Part shown: positions 22,672 through 33,970 of the stretch, piece by piece
Layout of the letters: the number at the start of each line of letters is the position of its first letter
How positions within the stretch are numbered: position 1 is the stretch's first letter
Assembly: GCA_950097015.1 (NCBI GenBank)
Contig: CATNEN010000002.1
Coordinates: 6,386,001-6,450,000, forward strand
Length of the DNA: 64,000 nt
Origin: Macrostomum hystrix
Lineage: Eukaryota > Animalia > Platyhelminthes
Reading direction: 5' to 3'
Notes under the pieces: generated by a model
The model's database searches: none
What the model was told of the DNA's origin: nothing
What the model saw: only the letters and a program-made list of their open reading frames with translations
Position numbers and translations under genes: made by a program

Positions 22672-23352
22672 CTGCACAATCAGCAGTTGACTGCTGCACT
22701 TCTGCTCGCGACCTCCGTCGCAGGCCGTCAGGGTGAGATTGTACTGCCGCTCGGTCTCGTAGTCGATGTTCGGCTGTCCTTTGAGGGTCAGGCTGAGGAA
22801 CCCGGGGTCGCTTTGCGCCAGATCAAAGATGCCGCCAGTGTTGTCGCGCAGAAAGTACTGACCGCGGATCGCCATGCCGTTTTCCCCAATGTCCGCGTCG
22901 GTCGCCAAATCCAGCGGATGCCGAAAATTTCGATCGCCCTCCTCGATGGACAGAATCTTCTGTGGTTCCTTGAACATCGGTGAGTTGTCGTTGATGTCAT
23001 CGATGGTGACACGGACCAGAATGCGAGAGGAGGCATCACGGAAGGCGTTGAACTCGATGACGCATGGCGTGGACTCGGAGGCGCCGGGACAGGCTATCGG
23101 GTCCTCCCGATCGATCCGGGAGTCGATGCGGACATTGCCCTCCGGATCGATGACAAAGTAGGGCGACTTGGGCACAATGCGAAACACCGGGACGGAGCCC
23201 GTGCCAGCCAGGCTCTGCCAGATGTTGCCGACTGAGGCACGGATGTCAGTCTCCTCGTTGACTCGGTAGGAGACCTCGGGTGAGCTAGCCACTTGCATGG
23301 GCAGCAGGACCAGCAGCAGGAGCAGAAGCCGCGGCGCCGACTGGGTCTCCAT
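22672..23352 (-). CDS. Protocadherin coding exon 1: signal peptide, EC1, EC2
   Basis: GTTGCCATGG Kozak at 23352; METQSAPRLLLLLLVLLPMQVASS signal peptide; DRE..C..C, DINDNSP, DADIGENG and DYE cadherin motifs. Donor CAG|GTGAGA at 22671 (phase 0). An acceptor TTTCTAATTCGTAG| at 23432 lies 79 nt upstream of the ATG. Confidence 0.95.
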
Positions 23353-23358
23353 GGCAAC
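23345..23358. promoter_or_regulatory. RFX X-box overlapping the protocadherin start codon
   Basis: GTCTCCATGGCAAC matches the RFX consensus GTYNCCATGGNAAC. Confidence 0.4.
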
Positions 23359-24104
23359 CGTGTGGAGGCCTTTCAGCGTGGGATCGGCTTGCTTGGTCGA
23401 TCTGTCTGTCACGGCAAATCGGTTTGCAGATCTACGAATTAGAAATGAAAGAAATCGTGTAAAAACACTCACAGATTCCGATGAAGATCGATAAGGGAGA
23501 GGTCAGACTGACCAGAGGGACCATTGATACTTCGAATTGCAAGCAATGCGACAAGCGGTGAGTCACGGATTGAATCAAGAGTTGCACACTGATAAGCTTT
23601 GTTTATCGATCCGCTACTTAGCATCGGTCAGCTGTGGTAGACTTGCTTGTTATCAGAAAAAAAGTCACTCAGCTTTTAAAAATTCATCAGGATTCGTTGA
23701 CACAATACTTTTTTCCAACTCATACGGTCCGCCGTGCAGTATCCAGGGGGTGACGCATTGGAGGAATAAAACTATGCGGCAATGACCATTGGGTGTCAAA
23801 CCGAATGCCGATAGCATCAGCGGGAGAGAAGCCCTTCATGCAATGCCGGAAAAAAACAATGAGCCCTGGCTGCAGGAGGGGAAGTAACGGTTCAGGAATC
23901 CTCGAAAGATCTTCGCATTCAGATTCTGATTTGAATGCGACCAGCTTCCCGTTTTCCTTAAGCCTGCTGGCTTCCTTCAGCTGAGTAGCTTAGGTCCGCT
24001 GCATGGCAACTATTTATATAATAAGAAATGAAATCCCACAGGAGGTTTGAAGGGCCCATTGCTCGTTGCCCGGGCAAGATTTGCTGTCAAGTTTTGGGGC
24101 TTAC

Positions 24105-24300
24105 CGTTCTCAAAATTGGTTGTGACAGTGGCGGAGGTGGAAGCTAAAACTGTTCCTCATCCGTGGAGCCAATGAGCCACCAGTGCTCAGACTCCACGGA
24201 GGTTCTGCCACGCCCCCCTCCGCGTGCCGCCCCTCCGGGTTTCCTGGCTGCGTCTGTGGGGAGTGGGACAACAAAAGAGTATTTTTTCATCGGATCGTCT
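24105..24300 (-). other. Candidate non-coding first exon of the protocadherin (5' boundary unknown)
   Basis: Minus-strand donor GAACG|GTAAGC at 24104 is the nearest strong donor upstream of the 23432 acceptor, in a GC-richer island. Confidence 0.35.
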
Positions 24301-24524
24301 ACAGAACTAGACCAGGGGCGGAATTGTGGGAGGGGCTGTTGATAAATTGGGATGATGACGCCACTGCGTAGATAAACGCATTTATTGGGGGCGAGGGAAG
24401 AGTGGCAGAGAGCTGAACGATTCTATCAGATGGCGTGACGGCACAGTCTTTTTTATCCCAATATCCTCTTAATTGTCAGATTCGTTTATTATAGAAGTGT
24501 GTGCCATTCACTCACTGCGACAGA

Positions 24525-25670
24525 ATATGATAGAATAGAATAGGATAAGATAGGATAGGATAGGATAGGATAGGATAGGATAGAATAGGATAGGATAGGA
24601 TAGGATAGGATAGAATAGGATAGGATAGAATAGGATAGGATAGAATAGGATAGGATAGGATAGGATAGGATAGAATAGGATAGGATAGAATAGGATAGGA
24701 TAGAATAGGATAGGATAGAATAGGATAGGATAGGATAGGATAGGATAGAATAGGATAGGATAGGATAGGATAGAATAGGATAGGATAGGATAGGATAGGA
24801 TAGAATAGGATAAGATAGGATAGGATAGGATAGGATAAGATAGAATAGGATAGGATAGAATAAGATAGGATAGAATAGGATAGGATAGAATATGATAGAA
24901 TAGAATAGGATAAGATAGGATAGGATAGGATAGAATAGGATAGGATAGGATAGGATAGGATAGAATAGGATAGGATAGAATAGGATAGGATAGAATAGGA
25001 TAGGATAGAATAGGATAGGATAGAATAGGATAGGATAGGATAGAATAGGATAGGATAGGATAGGATAGGATAGAATAGGATAAGATAGGATAGGATAGGA
25101 TAGGATAAGATAGAATAGGATAGGATAGAATAAGATAGGATAGAATAGGATAGGATAGAATATGATAGAATAGAATAGGATAAGATAGGATAGGATAGGA
25201 TAGAATAGGATAGGATAGGATAGGATAGGATAGAATAGGATAGGATAGAATAGGATAGGATAGAATAGGATAGGATAGAATAGGATAGGATAGAATAGGA
25301 TAGGATAGAATAGGATAGGATAGGATAGGATAGGATAGAATAGGATAGAATAGAATAGGATAGGGTAGGACAGGATAGAATAGAATAGGATAGGGTAGGA
25401 CAGGATAGAATAGGATAGGGTAGGACAGGATAGAATAGAATAGGATAGGGTAGGAAAGGATAGGATAGAATAGGATAGGATAGAATAGGATAGGATAGAA
25501 TAGGATAGGATAGGATAGGATAGGATAGAATAGGATAGAATAGAATAGGATAGGGTAGGACAGGATAGAATAGAATAGGATAGGGTAGGACAGGATAGAA
25601 TAGAATAGGATAGGGTAGGACAGGATAGAATAGAATAGGATAGGGTAGGAAAGGATAGAATAGGATAGAG
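24525..25670. repeat. Pentamer satellite (GGATA/GAATA)n
   Basis: Read directly. Confidence 0.96.
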
Positions 25671-27366
25671 CACAGTAGACAGGTCTGACAGAATCGTTAG
25701 AATAGAATTCATAATTGCTTGAAAAATCGGTAATCCCAGATTTTCTAACCAGATCGAGCTACAGCTATTCATCTAAACTGCTCAGCTCGTAGAGTGTGAG
25801 CACAGATTTGATTCGATACAATTTCCTTTGTCCCATTCGCATGCAGACAGACCAAAGGTCCCTGTCTCCCTGTCTAGACATCAGCTCAAAGAGAATGTCT
25901 CGAAGCGAATTGAAGCGAGTCAATAAAGAAATAATTTTATGCAAAAAGAGATTTAAAAAATTAGGCTTTAGAGAGACACGCGGTACGATGAGAAGTTGAC
26001 TCTGCGATGAGTTTGCTGCGTGACTGTTCTTGTTACGCAATCAATAACCAATTCGCCGCATGCAGCAAAAAGACGATTATAGACAGAAAAAGTGGATTTC
26101 GATTGTGAAAAGGAGACCGTTTTGAGAATCAGACCCCACAGCCGTCTTGACCCGTGATGGGTTAGTGGGCCTCATCAATGAATGGTCATATTATCTTTTC
26201 TGTTGCGTGCCGGCAACCTCTTGAAAGGAGGGCCGGGCAGCTGATTTGAAAAGGCCAACATATCCCCTACCTCAGTTATCCCTTAGCTCCCATTATAAGC
26301 TTTCTGATTGAAACTGCCGCAAACAATGCCACAGAGTTCGTTGGGATGAAGGCATATTGGAAAAAAGAGGATTAGAAATATCCACAGCGTCCGTCAGCTC
26401 TTCAACATCATAAAAAATTTGCATCCAGGGATTTTTAGATGAAGTGGGATCTTGCTAAAATTACGCAGAGGGATCACGCCGAAGCAGCAACGCGGATGAG
26501 AATCCTGGCAGAACTCCCTGACTTTTGAATGATTTGCAAGACAAAATATCCCACTTCAGATGGGTTGAAAATTTCTAGGCAGCAAAAAATGTCACGTTTT
26601 TCTCTGGTGTCAAAATCGGCAATTCCCACGGCCAAGAGCCCTCTTCAGATCAAGCATTTTTTTCTAAGAAACGCGATCTAGCACGTGTCTTTGTCGCGTG
26701 CCGACAAATGCGGAGCGAAGATCGCGGCAATAAATTATTCGATAATTTGCTTCTAAAAGTAATTATTGCACACAGCAATGAGCTGAGGGGGATAATTTAG
26801 ATGAGAATCTAAGCCGCAGAACTGAAAGAATTTCTGGCTGAATTTCCGTGTCCATCACGTGCTGACGTGTTGGCCGTGCTGTTGCATTGTCTTCCTGTCA
26901 CCGCCCTGTTGCTTTTGCTATTGTCCTCCCTACTGCTTTTGTCTTTGTAAATACCAAGCAGACACTGCGGAAGCCGTGAAAAATACCCCACAGTGAAAGA
27001 CACACACTATTCAGATAATTGGGATTGTTTATCAATTATTCAAAGATGGGAATATGAGTGAAACAACTAAATTTTCACCTTCGCTTTTGAATGCAATTTG
27101 CATTTTTTGAAATACGGAATGTGGCTCGTTGCTTTTAGCTTGAGTGCATGAGTGTTCCGCACAATATTTGATACTTAAGTAGGTCCCTGAGCTGAATACA
27201 TTGTGTGTTAAAGAGCGAAGCTTCTCAACAATCACAGAGATTTTGTTAGCATTAGCCGAGTGTCAGCTGTCAATATTGATGAGGCGACAGTTGAAATACT
27301 ATATTGACAGTTGACGCACTTTAAACTGTGCGAATTGAGGCCAATCACCTGTCACCTGTTCGGAAT

Positions 27367-27575
27367 GGACTGGAGTTTATCACCTGTTAGGACTGGAGTT
27401 TATCACCTGTTAGGACTGGAGTTTATCACCTGTTAGGACTGGAGTTTATCACCTGTTAGAACTAGTGTTTATCACCTGTTAGGACTGGAGTTTATCACCT
27501 GTTAGAACTGGAGTTTATCACCTGTTAGAACTGGAGTTTATCACCTGTTAGGACTGGAGTTTATCACCTGTTAGA
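27367..27575. repeat. 23-bp repeat (GACTGGAGTTTATCACCTGTTAG)n, about 9 copies
   Basis: Read directly. Confidence 0.93.
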
Positions 27576-28207
27576 TAGAGAGTTTCTCAATCCAGCACCT
27601 GAGTTGTGCATCAAAGAACTGGAGCTGCATTCCGATAGTGAAATCATTTCAGGTTGCTATGTGCAATTTTACTTAGAGTTTCGTGCCTAGGTGGCATTTT
27701 TCCCAGTAGATCCGAGTAAGCCGACAAGCCATCAATTTCTCAGCGTTTTCTGTCGTTCTTTGTGTCCTGAACAGCGCTGGTGGCACACGCAGCGCCAGGA
27801 CGCAGCGCCAGGTTGGCTGTTTAAAATGCAAACAAACCAAAATCTTTTGAGGCTGCAAATGATAAGATCTGGAAGGCTTCGGCTGCTGCTGTTTGCTGAC
27901 AAAATAGTTGGCGGAATCTCTTTGCTCAAGCGGGCTGCTCATACAACACCAAGAATCTGCTGTGAGCAGCCTTATCCGCTGAGGCTATTCAAGAGCACGA
28001 TTTCTAAGAAACTGTTGTCTTGTTACTGTTTCAAACACTGCGCGGATGCAGATTGATTCAAAAAGGGGCTTGAGTGGTCCTGAGCTCGAATCCTCGGCGA
28101 GGCCTCATATTCAATCGCAAACACACAAAGGCACAGTGAGAGTGTACACTGCCCGACGATGAGAAGGCCAGGGCAGATGTACACACCTGTGTGACTGTGT
28201 GCCTACT

Positions 28208-29125
28208 CTTTCTTATCTACTCCCCTAACATCTCTTATCTACTCCCCTAACATCTCTTATCTACTCCCCTAACATCTCTTATCTACCCCCTACCATCTCT
28301 TATCTACCCCCTACCATCTCTTATCTACCCCCTACCCTCTCTTATCTACTCCCCCTACTCTCTCTTATCTACTCCCCCTACTCTCTCTTATCTACTCCCC
28401 CTACTCTCTATTATCTACTCTCCCTACCATCTCTTATCTACCCCCTACCCTCTCTTATCTACTCCCCCTACTCTCTCTTATCTACTCCCCCTACTCTCTC
28501 TTATCTACTCCCCCTACTCTCTATTATCTACTCCCCTACCATCTCTTATCTACTCCCCTAACATCTCTTATCTACTCCCCTAACATCTCTTATCTACTCC
28601 CCCTACCATCTCTTATCTACTCCCCTAACATCTCTTATCTACTCCCCTAACATCTCTTATCTACTCCCCTAACATATCTTATCTACCCCCTACCATCTCT
28701 TATCTACCCCCTACCATCTCTTATCTACCCCCTACCCTCTCTTATCTACTCCCCCTACTCTCTCTTATCTACTCCCCTAACATCTCTTATCTACTCCCCC
28801 TACTCTCTCTTATCTACTCCCCCTACCATCTCTTATCTACTCCCCTAACATCTCTTATCTACTCCCCTAACATCTCTTATCTACTCCCCTAACATATCTT
28901 ATCTACCCCCTACCATCTCTTATCTACCCCCTACCATCTCTTATCTACCCCCTACCCTCTCTTATCTACTCCCCCTACTCTCTCTTATCTACTCCCCCTA
29001 CTCTCTCTTATCTACTCCCCCTACTCTCTCTTATCTACTCCCCCTACTCTCTCTTATCTACTCCCCCTACTCTCTCTTATCTACTCCCCCTACTCTCTCT
29101 TATCTACTCTCCCTACCATCTCTTA
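28208..29125. repeat. 22-23-bp CT-rich repeat (CTCTTATCTACTCCCCTAACAT)n
   Basis: Read directly. Confidence 0.94.
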
Positions 29126-30124
29126 TGTCACCAATCGTTCGTTACTGTCATTGTTTATTAAACAAAATATTTGTATAGGCTTTCAGAAAATCCTCAGCAC
29201 ACTTTGCACAAGGCCTCTTCAACCCCAGATTTTGCCGTGTCAAATCTGCGCAATGTTGAATTGTGCCAAAAATACTTCTAATCCTGACCCGTGTGATTGA
29301 CAACAGCTCGGTGACCCTGCTAAGGACAGACTCTACTGCTACTCATTGCTTGTCAGCCGCTGAGCTGTGTGAGCAACCAAAAGCAAACTCTTAACAAGCT
29401 GACAATAACGCAAGAAGAAAATCCACAGGAATTTCTCCCCAGATCTTCTTCTACGCCTCGAATGGGAGAGGGAAAAGGGAAAAATTCCCATTGAAGAATA
29501 ATTATTTGCCCTGTTTGTTTTACACCTATAGGCTGGGTGCTAAAACGACAAACACAGAGAGAGAGAAAGACAGACACAGACAATCTCCCACGTAACTCTA
29601 GGCGGAGGAGTATCTTTCCATCTTGACCCGGACCCGAACAAAAAATGCGGTTTCATTACTGGCAGAAACTGAAGAGGGACAGCTGCCAGTTATTGTTGTG
29701 AGGCTATTTGCTCTCACACACACATCAGTTCTGTGTGGCCTCTCTTAAAAAACTGCAGCAATATTGCAGAGGGTACTGAAGTTTCTGCTTCCGTCTCCGC
29801 ACTCTCTCCTCCAACCTCCGCACCCGGACTCTGCAGTCCCAATCTGTCCAATTGGGAAACGGATGCCGCCTACTCAACACGCAAATATGAGAAGATGGAT
29901 TGGCAACCCTAACACAGGTAGGGGGCTGTCTGTTATAAACCGGCGGGGTTTAGGGGGAAACGAGTTACCTCAGTTATTACTGAGATTTTTTTACTATAAT
30001 ATCTGATCCTGTTTTAGGGAAAAAATTTGCTCCACCCCTCTCGCCATCATAATTATATTATCATATTATCTTCTCATTCTCTCATCCTCATTCAACCTGC
30101 TCTTATCATCTCATCTTATCATAC

Positions 30125-30520
30125 TCTCATCCGTTCCTCATTCTCTTCTCATCCGCTCCTCATCCGCTCCTCATCCGCTCCTCATCCGCTCCTCATCCTC
30201 TTTTCATCCTCTTCTCATCCGCTCCTCATCCTCTTCTCATCCGCTCCTCATCCTCTTCTCATCCGCTCCTCATCCTCTTCTCATCCGCTCCTCATCCTCT
30301 TCTCATCCGCTCCTCATCCTCTTCTCATCCGCTCCTCATCCTCTTCTCATCCGCTCCTCATCCTCTTCTCATCCGCTCCTCATCCTCTTCTCATCCGCTC
30401 CTCATCCTCTTCTCATCCGCTCCTCATCCTCTTCTCATCCGCTCCTCATCCTCTTCTCATCCGCTCCTCATCCTCTTCTCATCCGCTCCTCATCCTCTTC
30501 TCATCCTCTTCTCATCTTAC
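30125..30520. repeat. 22-bp repeat (CCTCATCCTCTTCTCATCCGCT)n
   Basis: Read directly. Confidence 0.94.
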
Positions 30521-31163
30521 TCAGATCCTCTCATTATCTTCTATACTTCATCTAATCGTCACATATTTTTACGCGTATAAACTCACTTCACTAGCTACTC
30601 AGGCCTCACAAAGATCCCACAGGCAGTCATTCGCAGCCAAATTGGCATTTAATCTCATGCCAATGCGGGTAGCTTCATTCAGGCAGAGCTCAATTTGGAT
30701 AAATCCTTCCACCTTTTGTGTCGACTAAAAATTGGTCCAAAAATCTAAACCTATAATTAATTTTTTTGTCTGCATTGTGTAACACCTGTCGGGTGTTTCA
30801 ATTAGAAATTCGATAGAAATTCACAGTCGTATCTGTGATCCATGGCTGTTCAAATGGCCTAAAAATGGGGGCTTGCTTGAATCACAACTTTATTCCCAAA
30901 TGGCTTATAGCACTAACCGTTGCGATCGTTGGTGTCTTTGGGAGAACTTTTCTTTGCAAGAGTTCACTTTCTTCAGGGCAGCTTTTATCGTCTGAGTCGT
31001 CCTGGTGTCCGGGGTCGCGGCTGCTGAAAGAGACGAATCAGGCAGGAAGGTTGCGTCTGCAAAATGATGAAGCCTCAGAAATCTTCTTTTGTTGCATTGT
31101 CTGCCGCTGCTGCTGCTGCTGCTTGCCCAGCATTAACTTCTCAACTTTTTCTTCCTCTCCTAG

Positions 31164-31298
31164 AATTTCTAGAGCAGAATTGTCAAAATGGGTAGTTTAG
31201 TAAACTCTCCAAACTGCTGGAGTCTGTCAGTTTTGTATCGGTTTTTTGGCTTTGTCTTGAAGCTTGCTGCTTCTGGGGGCCACTCAGGAAATCTTCAG
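31164..31298 (+). other. Candidate exon of an unannotated + strand transcript
   Basis: Acceptor TTTTTCTTCCTCTCCTAG| at 31163 (alternative TTTGTCTTGAAG| at 31262) and a perfect donor CAG|GTAAGT at 31299. Confidence 0.4.
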
Positions 31299-31462
31299 GT
31301 AAGTTCAGCTTTGATCATACGTTTAGGAATCATTTGACTGTGGGTGGCTTGGACTTGATGCGGTACAGTGGCTGCAGTCCGTGGACAGGGTAAACAGGTA
31401 CTGTGGCACAACAGGTAAACTTTAATAATGAATAGCAATATCCGTCTGTTATCTGTCTGTCT

Positions 31463-32292
31463 GTCAGATAACAGGCAGATAACAGACGGATAACAGACAG
31501 ATAACAGACAGATAACAGACAGATAACAGACAGATAACAGGCAGATAACAGACAAATAACAGACAGATAACAGACAGATAACAGACAGATAACAGGCAGA
31601 TAACAGACAGATAACAGACAGATAACAGGCAGATAACAGGCGGATAACAGACAGATAACAGACAGATAACAGACAGATAACAGACAGATAACAGACAGAT
31701 AACAGACAGATAACAGACAGATAACAGACAGATAACAGGCAGATAACAGACAGATAACAGACAGATAACAGACAGATAACAGACAGATAACAGACAGATA
31801 ACAGACAGATAACAGACAGATAACAGACAGATAACAGGCAGATAACAGGCGAATAACAGACAGATAACAGACAGATAACAGACAGATAACAGACAGATAA
31901 CAGACAGATAACAGACAGATAACAGGCAGATAACAGACAGATAACAGACAGATAACAGGCAGATAACAGACAGATAACAGACAGATAACAGACAGATAAC
32001 AGACAGATAACAGACAGATAACAGACAGATAACAGACAGATAACAGACAGATAACAGACAGATAACAGACAGATAACAGGCAGATAACAGACAGATAACA
32101 GGCAGATAACAGACAGATAACAGACAGATAACAGACAGATAACAGACAGATAACAGACAGATAACAGACAGATAACAGACAGATAACAGACAGATAACAG
32201 ACAGATAACAGACAGATAACAGGCAGATAACAGACAGATAACAGACAGATAACAGACAGATAACAGACAGATAACAGACAGATAACAGACAG
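31463..32292. repeat. 11-bp satellite (CAGATAACAGA)n, about 75 copies
   Basis: Read directly. Confidence 0.96.
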
Positions 32293-32620
32293 TCCGTCTA
32301 TTTGTGTGATCGTCAGTTTATCATTCAGTTTATTAAATTAATGATGTTGGTATTGATAAACCAGCAGATTATAAGCAGATTAACGTATAAAATAAACGAA
32401 CTATTAAAGCCAGACAGACTCGCTTATAGGCTAAACTGTGTTGTAATATGCATCACCAAATCAAGGTAATTCCTAGGAAATTGCCTAATGTCCCATGAGC
32501 ATTCGCCAGCTACTATTAATGAGAAAACATTGATTTATTATCAGTCTGGTCCCAAATTTGTTGCCAAAAAGTAATGAGGAAAATAAAGAAACAAAATGTT
32601 TAGCAATTTTCCCCGCACAG

Positions 32621-32661
32621 ACATCCCCAGAGGATGAATCCCCGAAATGCTGCCAGGCTGG
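32621..32661 (+). other. Candidate 41-nt exon of the same + strand transcript
   Basis: Acceptor TTTTCCCCGCACAG| (nearly the same as the real POLG acceptor at 7794) and donor TGG|GTGAGT at 32662. Confidence 0.45.
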
Positions 32662-33322
32662 GTGAGTCAGTTCTCACGGCTCCCCCCAGAAAAAAGTGTG
32701 AATTGCGTGAATGCCTGCGACAGACAAAACTGCCAGCTGCAGAACTGGGGAATGGGTACTTGCTCCTAGAAGATGGAAAATTGAATATCTGCCCAGTTCT
32801 GTTCCAGTGAAGCAACATTTTTCTTTGCTGAACCTCGCCTTCCAGTTGACATCTTCTTTCTCACTTTCCCATTTCCTATTCAATTGAATCCCCTGTCCAC
32901 TGGCTCCCCAAAGACTCACCACTGCCACAGTACGCTGTCCATATGCATTGTCTATTTTTAAGGGGCCAGCAACCGTGGGGAGGGAACAGAAAAACTGTTT
33001 GCAGAAGCAGAAGAAAACTGAAGGAATTTTCCAACTGAAAAAACGAGAGACAACAGACAGAAAGCAATGAGGGGATAAATAGCTGCACTCTCAAATCCCA
33101 GAGCTATTGACTCTAGTGCACTCTGTGCAACTCGAGTTGCATAGGACTACAAAAACAGGCTGAAAAATCCTTCTCAAAGCTCCTAATTTCATCCTCAGTC
33201 AGTCTCTCTCTCTGTCCTTCTCTTTCAATCTCTTCATCTCGCTCACACGCAATATATTTTTACGCCCGTGACGAAGTGATTACTGCATGGCGAAACTAAT
33301 TAATAGAGACCTTGGCTCACAG

Positions 33323-33573
33323 ATCCCATGGCTTATCGGCCCGGCTCTCTGTCTTCCCCCAACCCGAGATTCTTGCTTCCAGCATCTCTTCATCACAGCC
33401 GCGCTCTTTCACTCTGCACTCGCATGATCTCCAATGTCGGCTTAGGCCACTCACCCAGCAACACCAGACTGCAGCTGAGAGATTTTCAAATTGATGAGAC
33501 TCTCGTGCAAGAAGCAGCAGCAGCGAAAGCCTCCTTGCCCTATAGCAAGAGCTGTCGCTGCTGCTGCTTCTAA
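33323..33573 (+). other. Candidate terminal exon containing a small ORF and a long hairpin
   Basis: Acceptor TTGGCTCACAG| at 33322; ORF 33328-33573 ends ...KSCRCCCF*; ATTAAA at about 33662. Confidence 0.3.
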
Positions 33574-33884
33574 AAGGGCATTTCAGAGCGCAATGTAACG
33601 AGAAAAAAGTTTGTGCGCCGGTCAAAGTGGATGTGACACTGATTTTATAATCTAATCGACCATTAAAAAACCAGTTTAATTTGCCCCAGTTACCAACCAG
33701 AACACATAATTGGAAAATTAAATAGAAGCTGCATCGGAGGTAGAAAACGTTCTTTCTTTTGCCATTTCTTAAAGCGATCCGGTAGTAATGTAGTACCACT
33801 TTTGGGACAGAAATCTCTACCTATCCTATATAGAAAAATATTCATTTCCAGATCCCTAAGAAACCGAATGACTTTCCCTATCTA

Positions 33885-33901
33885 TCTACCTATCTATCTA
33901 C

Positions 33902-33933
<32 letters not shown>

Positions 33934-33934
33934 T

Positions 33935-33965
<31 letters not shown>

Positions 33966-33970
33966 CTATA
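33885..33970. repeat. (TCTA)n microsatellite
   Basis: Read directly. Confidence 0.9.

Noticed and set aside
25765-26040. Helical-looking minus-strand ORF (and similar short ORFs at 44354-44730, 52470-52787, 53618-53821)
   Set aside because: No recognisable domain and no convincing paired splice sites; short ORFs of this size are expected in GC-richer islands.
33126-33141. Perfect 16-bp palindrome TGCAACTCGAGTTGCA
   Set aside because: Roughly one such palindrome is expected by chance in this much unique sequence, and it matches no motif I recognise.
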